Below, in pieces: positions 41,935 to 51,995 of a stretch of DNA of 64,000 nt. The position numbers and the translations under genes were made by a program. Every line of letters starts with the position of its first letter. Position 1 is the stretch's first letter. The DNA comes from Savitreella phatthalungensis (Eukaryota): the NCBI GenBank assembly GCA_051599415.1, contig AP039700.1, forward strand, positions 248,001-312,000, written 5' to 3'. The notes beneath the pieces are model-generated. The model worked only from the letters and a program-made list of their open reading frames with translations. It ran no database searches and had not been told where the DNA came from.

Positions 41935-42855
41935 CTAGTGCATAAAGCCTCCTAGAAGATAATGCCTGAAGCCTTCAAAGCATACCCAGCAGATTGCATT
42001 TGCCGGAATCACAGCAACAACCCTAGGTCTAATACCAGCAAAGAAACCTTTCCACCCATTCCGGTCGTAGATGATGGAGGCGGCATCCACAAGTCCACCA
42101 GCGTTCCTGATCCTAGGATCATCGACGGTACCACGTGTCTGGAGGAGAGTCTTGATGACGTCTAGGGGTGTGGTTGCTGCGGCTGCGGATGCTCCTGCGA
42201 TACCTCCAGCGAGCATGTGTGCGAGGGGGTCGTATTTTTTCTGTGGGTTTACGAGCTTGGATGCGGACTCGTAGGTGGAGAACTGGATTGCCTGGAAGGG
42301 GACTGTCATGGCGAGGGTGGTCGGGTAGGAGAGGTAGAATGCTCGAAGTCCCTCGGCGGCGTACACGTGCCTGGCACATTCGACCACCCCGCGGAACGTG
42401 CTCCCGTGGACCTGCATCCGCTGCTTCACCGTATCGAACGGGTTCATCAGCGCGTCCGAGCACACGGTCGCGCTCGCACCAGCCAAGCCAGTGATAAACG
42501 GGTGGTGACCAGCCTCGTTACCACCCATCGCCTCCTTCGTGAACTCGTACGTGCCAAAGTACACCGCATGCGCCGGACCTGCACCCATCACCACAGAACC
42601 CATCCCGCGCCACAGCGATCGCACACCTTCGGTGGTCGAGATGCGGGAGATTGCGTTCGCGATACCCGTGTACACGGCAGCAGGAGACGGCTGCACAATC
42701 TGCATCCGCGTCTTGATCGCATCAACAGGGTACATCAGTGTGTGCTCGGCAATCCCAGCAAATGCGCCAGCAATCAGGTTCGCACTCAAGGGAGTTTCGG
42801 CTGGTAGACCCTCGTAGTCGTACTCGTCTACTAGCAGGGCTTCTGTCGAGCTCAT
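41935..42855 (-). CDS. MRS3: Mitochondrial iron carrier (mitoferrin, Mrs3/Mrs4)
   Basis: DYEGLP...AGAFAGIAEH..MYPVDAIKTRMQ, GAGPAHAVYF, MNPFDTVKQRMQ and TTPLDVIKTLLQT. ATG 42855. Confidence 0.95.
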   Translation of the reverse strand: MSSTEALLVDEYDYEGLPAETPLSANLIAGAFAGIAEHTLMYPVDAIKTRMQIVQPSPAAVYTGIANAISRISTTEGVRSLWRGMGSVVMGAGPAHAVYFGTYEFTKEAMGGNEAGHHPFITGLAGASATVCSDALMNPFDTVKQRMQVHGSTFRGVVECARHVYAAEGLRAFYLSYPTTLAMTVPFQAIQFSTYESASKLVNPQKKYDPLAHMLAGGIAGASAAAATTPLDVIKTLLQTRGTVDDPRIRNAGGLVDAASIIYDRNGWKGFFAGIRPRVVAVIPANAICWVCFEGFRHYLLGGFMH

Positions 42856-43785
42856 TTTGGGGGAAGTGGGGAGTTGGGGAAAGAAAGGGGGGAAGAGAAG
42901 GAGGAAGAGGAGGAGTAGACTCCTGTGGAGATGGAGGAGATGAAACTGAAGAGAGAGAGAGAGCGAGAGAGAGCAGAAGGTGAGCGGGTTGGCTATTGGA
43001 AGAAGTCGTCTGTAGCGTGAGCCTGATGAAGACTTTTGAGAAGATTTGATCCCGGGCACAAGAGGTGTGCTCTTGAAAGGATAGTAGTCTTTGTGGGTTG
43101 GAATATGTGAGTGACAGAGTAGAGGAAGGAAGGTATGTGACAGAAGTGGAGGTCTAGGTAAGTTAATCTTTTTTTTCTTTTTTTCCGTGCTGCGTAAGTA
43201 TGTGTCGAGATGAGATGAGAGCGAGTCTCCCCATGCATGCAGGCTCTCTGTTGTGCGACCTTGACCTGCGCCGGGGTAAGCAAGTCAAATTAGTCAAAAT
43301 AGTCATTTAAGTTCAAAATGTCCAATAGTTAAGATGCAGGATTGGAAAGAGAAAAAGATAAGATATGAGTAGATAGAGAAGAGTAGGTCTACCAGTAATT
43401 AAACGCGGAGTTTGTCATTGCATCGGCCATATTCATCAATTATAAGAATGACGGTGTCTGATGAGATTTTAATTCATATAAAATTGATCGATTGATTCAA
43501 CTCAATTGAATTGAATGAGGTATATGGCGTATAACAGACATCTCCCTATAGTCTTTCAATATCTAGCTATGAGATATTTGAATTGAGACTTTTAGTGTCG
43601 ATCATCCACGGCGATGACAATGCCGTCAATTCCATTCGATCGCCCTCTAAGCACAAAACGCCCGAGTACACATATTAAATATATACGTACCCACATATAT
43701 GTGTACGTATGTGTATGTGCATCACTCAATTGGTATACACAGGTGGATACACGATAGACTTGTCTCTGCCACCTGAATTCATCTA

Positions 43786-44856
43786 TTACAAGATCGAGTC
43801 TAGCCTAGTAAAGACCTGAAGTACTGCTGCTACCACTTCCAGATGTAGATCAATCTCCCTGTTCTGCTGGACTTCTGTGGATGTGAGTGATTGGAGGTTG
43901 GCTCCTGCGTTGCCTGAGGCTGATGCTGGACCAGGTGGGACGAATGGCCACTGTGAGAATCCTGCTAGGAGTTCGTCTACCCTGTTGAATGCACGCTCCC
44001 TCGACTCGTGGCCGATCTTGTCGAGCGCGTTCTCGAGCACGTTGGCCGCGTACGCTGCACAGACGAGCGACACTGTGCGGATGAGTCTGAGCGGGTAGGA
44101 CTCTGGCAGCCACTTGGAGTCCTTGATGGCGATATTCTTGTTCACCAGGAGGGCAACACACCTGGCCCGGATTTCCTCCTTCGCAGATCCGTCCACGATC
44201 GGGTGAGTGGCCATGTCAAACAAGAGGAAATTCCGCTTCTCCGTCCTCAGAAGTCCCTTGTCGACGAGACCCTTGGCAAGCCGCTCACGCACCTGCTTCA
44301 GCTGGTACCCGATCTTCATCAGGTTCCACGTCTCCCCAGACATCAAGTCGATCCATGTGCCCACACTCATCCGCTCGCTCGCCTTCATCATCTTGAGCGC
44401 CTCGTCCAGCAGCGTCTCCCCTGTCGGCCTGTCATCAACAACCTCAATAAGCCTATCGGCTAGCGGGAACCGCCGACGTGACGAGTCTCCCTGCATTGAG
44501 ATCTTTCCTCGGATGGCGAGCTCGATGACGATGCAGCCTCGGAGTGTGAAGGAGATGTTGTCGTTCCAGAACGACAGATACCCTTCACGGTCTTTGAGTC
44601 CGAGGAGTAGGATCTCTTCCATGAGTGTGAGTCTTGGCTGCTTTGCTCGCTCTGCGCCCTGAGCTAGATCCTGTGGGTCGTACGCGATCTTGTGGTCGAC
44701 ATCGACGTTTCCTGGTGACCCGCCTGCCACAGTCTCATCCTTCGCTGCTCGGGAAGGCGTACCAGTCCGAGATGGGTATGTATCCTCATCCCCAAGGTTC
44801 CCATTCCCACCACCACCAGTGCCTCCAGCACCGCGTCTGCGCGTCACGCCGGACAT
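43786..44856 (-). CDS. VPS74: Golgi phosphoprotein 3 / Vps74
   Basis: Motifs SGVTRRR, RLTLMEEILLLGLKDREGYLSFWNDNIS, SGETWNLMKIGYQLKQVRERLAKGLVDKG and NFLLFDMATHP. Confidence 0.98.
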   Translation of the reverse strand: MSGVTRRRGAGGTGGGGNGNLGDEDTYPSRTGTPSRAAKDETVAGGSPGNVDVDHKIAYDPQDLAQGAERAKQPRLTLMEEILLLGLKDREGYLSFWNDNISFTLRGCIVIELAIRGKISMQGDSSRRRFPLADRLIEVVDDRPTGETLLDEALKMMKASERMSVGTWIDLMSGETWNLMKIGYQLKQVRERLAKGLVDKGLLRTEKRNFLLFDMATHPIVDGSAKEEIRARCVALLVNKNIAIKDSKWLPESYPLRLIRTVSLVCAAYAANVLENALDKIGHESRERAFNRVDELLAGFSQWPFVPPGPASASGNAGANLQSLTSTEVQQNREIDLHLEVVAAVLQVFTRLDSIL

Positions 44857-45525
44857 CGAATAATCACTCCCTCGTGATCACTTCTCTGTTAAAGAAAAAG
44901 GTGTAATGGATGTATGCAGATGCGCGTTGGCTGACGCGACGGAGAGATGGACTTATGTTGATGCAAGCGCGGTTACAAGATTGTGACTCGGCGTGTGATT
45001 AACCGTTGTCGATGGGGATTTGGACTGCCGCGTGATGGTGTAATAGTAGTGTGCTCTGATAGTGACTGGAGAGTGTCGTTCTGAGGTGTTCGCTGGTTGC
45101 TGGTTGATTGTGGTTGGTCACCTGGACTGGCGATGCAGCTTAGCTTAACTTGGCTTAGATTTGTTGTCAAAGTGGTGGTGGGTGAAATTTGGACCTGCTT
45201 AGGATTACGCTTGTGTGGATGCACAGTTGTCTGGAAAGAGGAAGACTCGATAATAAAATTCAGTTTCAAATTTGAATTGGACCTAATTTACATGGTAACT
45301 TCGATTGAAAATTATAAAAGAATAGGGCGGGGCGGTATTGATCAGATAGATCAGCATTACAAAACTCTCTAAAAAAGAAAGCCTCAACTTTATCGATACC
45401 ACATCATCGCGCCTATCAACACGCCACTGCACTCACTCACTCACTCACCGGCCACTCGACACAGACACGACCTAATGGACAAACCTCTTCACGCTACGAC
45501 AATGCTACGAACTACTTCTGATCAC

Positions 45526-46585
45526 CTAGTCGAAATGGCCAATTGTCAGCATAGCCACTTCACGCACATGCCTTGCCATCTCGTCCGCCTCGGTGTCTTG
45601 ATCCTTGTCCTGCAGGTCTGCTCTGCCATAGTCCTGCGACTTTCGCCTTTGGGAGATCGGCTTGTCGTTGAAGACAGTCGCGATCGGAGAACCCATTCTG
45701 GATGGAAGCGTCTGGCCTCTTGTGGACGAGGACGTGGTTGAGAAAGCTCTGGATCTCGGAATGTGCTCTTCGAATCTGACGGACGGGCTCTTTGGCGTGA
45801 GGCTGTGATCGTCGTCTGCGGCGATGATGGCAGGTAGGCCTGGGGCTGAGTAGATGGTCGTCATCTGTGAGCTTGAGGTGGAAGACGTTCCGAGTGAGAC
45901 ATCGCTGCCTGTCGGAGGTGTCCCACCTCCAGAACCAGACCTCCGAGAGCTCCCGGACACTCGGAAGAACTTGGCAGCTCGCGATCGAGCAATCTCCAAC
46001 GAGTTCTTGGCCATGTGTCGGTGGAACGTCGACGGTTTTGTTACCGATCCACGAGCGACATCGCCTGCCACCTCTGCAGGGAGTGCTTCCTCGCGAGGGA
46101 CATCGTCGCATGGCGTCAGACTCAGATTCTGGATCGGCGCCGTCCATGATTTGTGCTTGGCGCTGGAGGTGAGCGAAGGTCGACTGGCATCGTGTGAGTG
46201 ATGTGTACAGGTGGCAGTAGGTGGGATTCTTCAGCTTACCGTAGCATGGTGAGGAGCTTCAAGCGAGGACGGCTGTCTTTGTGTTTGAGTGCAAGCCCCG
46301 TTTCCGGAATCGCCAAGGACTCAGCAGACGGTATGCGAGACACATACGGCGTGATGGACGGCTGACCGATCGATTGGGGCACCAGGTCATCTTTCTCAGG
46401 TAGAGCTGGCGGTCTGTCGTTCGTGTCACTTGGACACGGATCTTTCGGCGGCGGTGTGGGTGCTCGCTCGCTCTCTAGACCATTCTGGCCTGAGTTAGTT
46501 GAGTATGATCAGGAATAGGACGACTCACGCCATGATGCTTGTCGATCTGCTGAGATTGGTTGATGACAGAGACTTGGCTTTGCAT
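45526..46585 (-). CDS. Hypothetical Ser/Pro-rich disordered protein, 3 exons
   Basis: Exons 46585-46529, 46484-46240 and 46183-45526. Introns GTGAGT..CTAAC..CAG (44 nt) and GTAAGC..CTCAC..CAG (56 nt) join into one open frame. Confidence 0.6.
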
Positions 46586-46830
46586 GATACCTGTCGTAGA
46601 AGAGTCGAGCTTGCTATGTGTCGTGAAGTCCTGCTTCCGACACTTTGACCCTGTGTGTGGTATTAACAAGTCCGGCAGTCCTTGATATACGTGTACGAGG
46701 CAACAAAACTGATCAGCATGCAGCGAGTGTTGTACGCGACGGACATGAATGCATGAGATGAATGGCATTGAAAGTCATACGTATACGGAGGTGTCTGTGA
46801 TTTCATGGCTTGATAGGGAGCTTGTCCGTA

Positions 46831-48630
46831 CTAGGCGACTGACCGTACGAGCGAGAAGCAGATCGATAGGAGTCCGACCCCGCAGGAAAGCTCGACGAGT
46901 AAGGAGACCGTGCGTTTGATACGGCGATTCCATCTCTCCCGGAGACGGATGAGACCAAATGGATCTCTGACATCGACGTCAGACGCTTCTTGCGCATGGA
47001 TGAGCTGCCGGCGCTTGTCACTCGCAGTCGAAGGAGTACCGTTGTTGCGCTGGTCATGCTCGACAAAGTCGTTCAGCCTTGACATGATCCAGGCTGCTGA
47101 CTTCTCGCTCGCCGCTGGATTTGGCGGCACGCGTTCTCCATTCGGTCGCGCGAGCGTATAGGAAGTCCGCATGCGCTCTGTCCACGCTGACAGACGCAAC
47201 CGTGATCGCTTGTCCTCGCGTCGGTTGTGCTCAGCCACGCGTGTCATCGTGAAGTCTGGAGACGGCAGGAGCAGCAGACCGGATTCCTGTTCTTGAGTGA
47301 TGCCACGCAGCGCCATCTGGCTCAGCTTGGCCGTCCTCCAGTCGAGGAATTTGCGAGCAGCAAGGTGTCTGAGTCGCGCTGGCGAATCGTCGTGGAAAAT
47401 TGTTGCACATAGCTCAGCAAGATCCGATTGTCCGTGATCGAACGAATAACCATGCGTCATCATGAGAGATGCATCGGTCTCTGTGTCGATACAGGAGACA
47501 AGCAGCGGTGTCTTGTCTGTACCGTCGAGGCGAGTGAAGAACGGCAAGCCAATCTGCTGCAGTTGCACTCTGGTCTTGGCCACAAGCTCCTGCAGAGTAT
47601 CCTCGTCACGCCAGTCAGCCTTGGTAATGACAGGCATGACGGTTGAGAAGCCGGCGAGTCTGTGGATATAGTCCAGGTCGATCTCAGTGAGCTCGTTCGC
47701 GATGCAGTAGATGATAGCATCGACCAGCGACAGTCCCGTACTAGAGGAAGAGGCAACGAGATCGATCAGCTCATCATCTGCCAAATGACCGGCTGCGCCG
47801 CGTAAGATGCCACAAGTCTCCTGAAGACAGGCCTCGAGATGTGCCAGCACTGTGCCGGTGGCATCATTGGCATCTTGAGAAAGTGCGTAGAAGCCGGGAG
47901 TATCGAGCAGAGTCAGATTGCGCTCCATCACGACGTCATCGCCGACAGGATGCGTGGCAGAGGAGAGCAACTTCCAACTAGGGTAGGGCTGAGTGGAGGC
48001 GCGCACCTCGATGATCTCTGTGACGGGACTACCTGGGACGATGGCTGAGACGTCTTCCGTAAAGACGATATCCGGACATGTGATGATGGTCTGGAGGAGC
48101 TTTGTCTTTCCGGCACCGCTGTCGCCACAAAACATGATCCGCAGCCTGCCGACACGGCGTCCCTGATCAGTGAATGGTTTGCGCTGAGCCACTGCCGGCA
48201 ACGGCACGGTCGGCATGACGAGCGGGAAGTTGCCACCTAGAGCGTCTTCTGGCATCGTAGAAGGATTAGAGATCGGCACACGAGGTAAGGAATTTGGCGA
48301 TGGGAGTGTTTCCGGCAGAGAGGACGGTGTCTGTGAGACATAGCCCGTGCGACTTGGCATCTGCAGATCATAGGCTTGGACGGGAGGATCTCGCTGCTGG
48401 CGGTCCGTGGGCGGATCATTGTTGACGGACGATCGAGAGGAAGGTGAATGTCTGCCTTGCGCGTGCATTTCTGGTGTCAGTGCCCTAGATACAAGTTCTT
48501 GCTGCGCGAGGGTGATGCCGCGCGCCGGCGAAGCTTCAACTGATCTCTTTCGTGCAGGCGAGATGTCGCGCGAATGTGAGGATGTATCTTCTGTGGTCAA
48601 ACTGCCTGCGAAAGAGGCAGCGTCGTCCAT
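46831..48630 (-). CDS. Atypical septin-like P-loop GTPase with C-terminal hydrophobic segment
   Basis: G1 LRIMFCGDSGAGKT, G3 LTLLDTPGF, VDAIIYCI and G4 PVITKAD. Tail DPFGL...VSLLVELSCGVGLLSICFSLV. Start is uncertain (48630 or upstream ATGs). Confidence 0.8.
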   Translation of the reverse strand: MDDAASFAGSLTTEDTSSHSRDISPARKRSVEASPARGITLAQQELVSRALTPEMHAQGRHSPSSRSSVNNDPPTDRQQRDPPVQAYDLQMPSRTGYVSQTPSSLPETLPSPNSLPRVPISNPSTMPEDALGGNFPLVMPTVPLPAVAQRKPFTDQGRRVGRLRIMFCGDSGAGKTKLLQTIITCPDIVFTEDVSAIVPGSPVTEIIEVRASTQPYPSWKLLSSATHPVGDDVVMERNLTLLDTPGFYALSQDANDATGTVLAHLEACLQETCGILRGAAGHLADDELIDLVASSSSTGLSLVDAIIYCIANELTEIDLDYIHRLAGFSTVMPVITKADWRDEDTLQELVAKTRVQLQQIGLPFFTRLDGTDKTPLLVSCIDTETDASLMMTHGYSFDHGQSDLAELCATIFHDDSPARLRHLAARKFLDWRTAKLSQMALRGITQEQESGLLLLPSPDFTMTRVAEHNRREDKRSRLRLSAWTERMRTSYTLARPNGERVPPNPAASEKSAAWIMSRLNDFVEHDQRNNGTPSTASDKRRQLIHAQEASDVDVRDPFGLIRLRERWNRRIKRTVSLLVELSCGVGLLSICFSLVRSVA

Positions 48631-49118
48631 CTGAGCTAAGAAGTATGAATCGTCTTGACGCGAAGCGCCAAAGGGCCTCGGGCAACGCCGAGGCATTGGC
48701 GTCCGGTCATCAGATGCACATGAGGATGAAGGTAACATGATGCGCGTGGGAGTTGGTGAGGTGGATTCGCGGGGAGGAAAATTGAGCGCGTGCTCTGCCT
48801 GTCACGGATGCGAGCGACAAGCGTAATTTCAGAGGTGTGATGATCCCTGTAGTCACACAGCGTACTCGATGGGCTGCGTGAGTGCTGATTCGTTTATGCG
48901 CTGCAGTCGAGGTGAAACAAGTGGAGTAAGCAGGTGTGACGCGCTTCCTTTGGTGAACCGAGACGATCAGCTGGTCCGCAGAAAGAAGCGAGGTTGGAGC
49001 GCTTCTGGTGGAGATGCGCGTGTGCGCCTGTCAAAGCGTCCAGACTTCTCTAGACTGCGATCCAGCGAATGATCTCTGTGAGTGATCCCTGTTAACTGAT
49101 GCCTGTGATCGAGCGTGT

Positions 49119-49150
49119 ATGCGTGCGTGCGTGCGTGCGTGCGTGCGCGT
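49119..49150. repeat. (GCGT)n microsatellite
   Basis: Directly visible. Confidence 0.85.
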
Positions 49151-50506
49151 GAGTGTATGTGTGCTCACTAATAGATGATGAGACAAGGTGGAAGATGGGA
49201 TCACACTAAGGAGATTTAGGCTGGAGGAGATTGAGATAGATAGATCCTTTGTAGAGATCGGGTTGATTGGAGGACTATTGAAGTTGGAGATTGATTGGAG
49301 GTGAAAGTGGAGGTGCAGGTCGATATCTGAACTAATTTACAGTATACAGATGATGATGTCTGGTGAGCGTGCATGTGTGTGTGTATGGATCAGTCAGTAT
49401 CAGTACGTATACATACGTATATACGAGTATGGGTATAAGTATAGTATCAGGCTGAGCATAGATTGAGATGTGAGTGCTCGTGTGCGTGTGTATCTGACGG
49501 TGATTGAGTTGATGAAACGTTTACGCCTTGCTCGAAAACAAAATAGAATGTATGATTGGTAGACTGTTGTGCATCGATCCGGTCATCTCTTCTTTCATTG
49601 GAAACTAGAGATAAATCTGCACTGCATCGTCAGGGATCTCTGACCTTCTCCCACCTGGATTGAGCTGGATTAAGTATGGTTGAGCTGAAACTGTGGAGCT
49701 TTTTGGTGTAACAATCTGGGGTGATGGTAGCGTAATTCCGCTGCAGCAGCTTAACTGTTCAATTGGCTTCCCTGGTATATCACCTGAGGCAAAATCAATA
49801 CTTTTGGAGGCACTCGGAGTTTTATCCCATATGGCCAGTCAGCTCTCAAAAAACGAACGTGAGCTGTCACTCTTGAGCACTCTGTGCACTCTCCACCACT
49901 CATCCATTGACCATCAATCAATCCATGGACCATCAATGGAATGAGTACATGATTATGAGCTCAATCGCGCGTTTTCGAGGACTACACTGGAACCCTTGCT
50001 GGCCGCACAGCTAACAGCTTCAGTAGAGTGTGCGTCTATGCGAGTCAGTAAACCCGATGATGAATCACTAGATGCCCATTGATAGCAGACCATCATAGCA
50101 AACGATCAGAGTGAATATCTACAGAGAAACGCATGCGTCCAATCTTTTTAGACTCTGTCCAGCGTCCACGCAGACGAGTGAGAATCGCCATGCTCGAGGC
50201 GACGGCTGAAAAGAATAAAGAAGACGGACGGGATAGCTAGATCTTTTGTGAGGCGATGATCCACTGCATTTGAAGTTTCCCAATCCATGGCTATCGACCC
50301 CGAGTGGGAGGTCTTATATGGTATCCCTTTGCAAGGACACGTGCACAAATTACACCTGCGCTCGAGCGTCGAGTACAGTATGCACAAATACGATCATCAT
50401 AAATCACCACCACAGGTCCAACCCACCACATCGGCATCTACCCTAGCACGGACGCACGCATAGCCAAGCTGCAGGCTCTCAGCAAGTCACTCCTTCTCAA
50501 AGTCCG

Positions 50507-50932
50507 ATGGCAGTGTTATCGCTCTTGATCATCAACAAATCTGGCGGACTGATCTACAATGCGACCTACCCTGCCGCTGGCTCTTCTGGTCTAGGCAAGC
50601 TTTCTGGGAATGACTACTTGATCTTGGCTGGTACGTTTCACGGTGTGCACGCCATCAGCTCACAGATATCGCCTCTTGGCGTGAAGGGTGGATTGGAGTT
50701 GCTCGAGACGGATACGTTCAGGCTTCACTGTTTCCAGACGCTCACTGGGACAAAGATCCTGGTGGTGACGGACGTGCGCGCCCAGCGTGAAGGTGTCGAT
50801 GCCGTCTTCCGGAACGTATACCAGCTGTACGCGGACTACGTTCTCAAGAATCCATTCTACACGTGGGAGATGCCGATCCGGTGCGCTCGCTTCGACAAGG
50901 CTCTCGACGCCTACTGCACTCGGATCTCATAG
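50507..50932 (+). CDS. TRS23: TRAPP complex subunit Trs23 (TRAPPC4/sybindin)
   Basis: Motifs IINKSGGLIY, NDYLILAGTFHGVHAI, FQTLTGTK and YADYVLKNPFY..EMPIRC..FD. Confidence 0.97.
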   Translation: MAVLSLLIINKSGGLIYNATYPAAGSSGLGKLSGNDYLILAGTFHGVHAISSQISPLGVKGGLELLETDTFRLHCFQTLTGTKILVVTDVRAQREGVDAVFRNVYQLYADYVLKNPFYTWEMPIRCARFDKALDAYCTRIS

Positions 50933-51237
50933 ATTCCCCGCCACTCACACACTTCACGGCAGCTCCCAAGCACACGACGACCTCCACGACATTCACGAAC
51001 CCATGCGCAAACACACACTTCTGTACAGAAGCAGGACGAGGCAATATAAATTTGTAAATTCTAGCCCAATGCCACAACACGCAGAGTCATCTGGAACGCC
51101 CACATCCATGCACGCGTTCCTCCTCTCTGCGCCTGGAGAATTTCCTCCCCAAGTTAATCCTGTAAGGTCGATTGACATGACGCGGCAGCGTATATGGTGA
51201 CGCCATTCCTCTACCTGCGTCGCTCGGGTGGCTTCCA

Positions 51238-51731
51238 CTAGCGTGCTGTTCCGTCTGTCAGTATCGCATTCGCATGTGAGAAGGGTCTTGTGTGTGTGGA
51301 AACATACCGTCTGGGTGAGATGCAATGTACTCGACTGCCTGACCAACCGACTTGATCTCGTCTGCTTCCTTGTCTGGGATCTCGACGTTGAATTCCTCCT
51401 CGATCGCCATGACGACTTCGACCGTGTCGAGGCTGTCTAGCCCGAGATCGTTTGCGAACGAGCTTGTCGCGGAGATCTGTCGGGCAAATGTGTCAGTCAC
51501 ACCATTCGATCAAGGTTGCGTCGAAAAAATCAGGAGACGTACCTTGCTCGGGTCCTTGACCTTGTCGAACGCACGCACGATATCCAGCACACGTGCCTCG
51601 ATGTCAGACTTGTCCACTGACGAACCTGCGTAGAAACGCTGCTGTGTTGCGAGAACGGCCGACTGGCGAGGGGCTGTGAAGGCCGGTCGAGCGGCAGCTG
51701 CCGCGATCGAGCGGAGACCTGTTCTGAACAT
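51238..51731 (-). CDS. ACP1: Mitochondrial acyl carrier protein, 3 exons
   Basis: Exons 51731-51543, 51476-51308 and 51245-51238. Introns GTACGT..ACTGAC..CAG (66 nt) and GTATGT..ACTGAC..CAG (62 nt). Arg-rich presequence, [20 protein letters not shown], ends HPDAR*. Confidence 0.96.
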
Positions 51732-51995
51732 TCTTGCTCGCGAGAGACTGGGGTTTTGTTACTGGCAAGAGCACAGTTCTTCACAAGGAACCTTGCTTGA
51801 TAGACACCTTCCAAGACTCGTCGTTCGGAGCGATGACAAAGTGTTTACGCAGGCGATCAGACAAATTGTCCCGTGGGACAAATACTATGCACACTTTGAA
51901 ATAGTATTTTTCAAACTCATGGTGTTTTCAGAATTCTGATAGAAACACATATATTTTTCACCCTTCTACGTGTACAGGATGTTCTGGCTATGGGA

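Noticed and set aside
50050..50215. ATGATGA ... CTGA as a possible C/D snoRNA upstream of TRS23
   Set aside because: No terminal stem or recognisable rRNA-antisense element seen; an Rfam or snoscan run would be needed.
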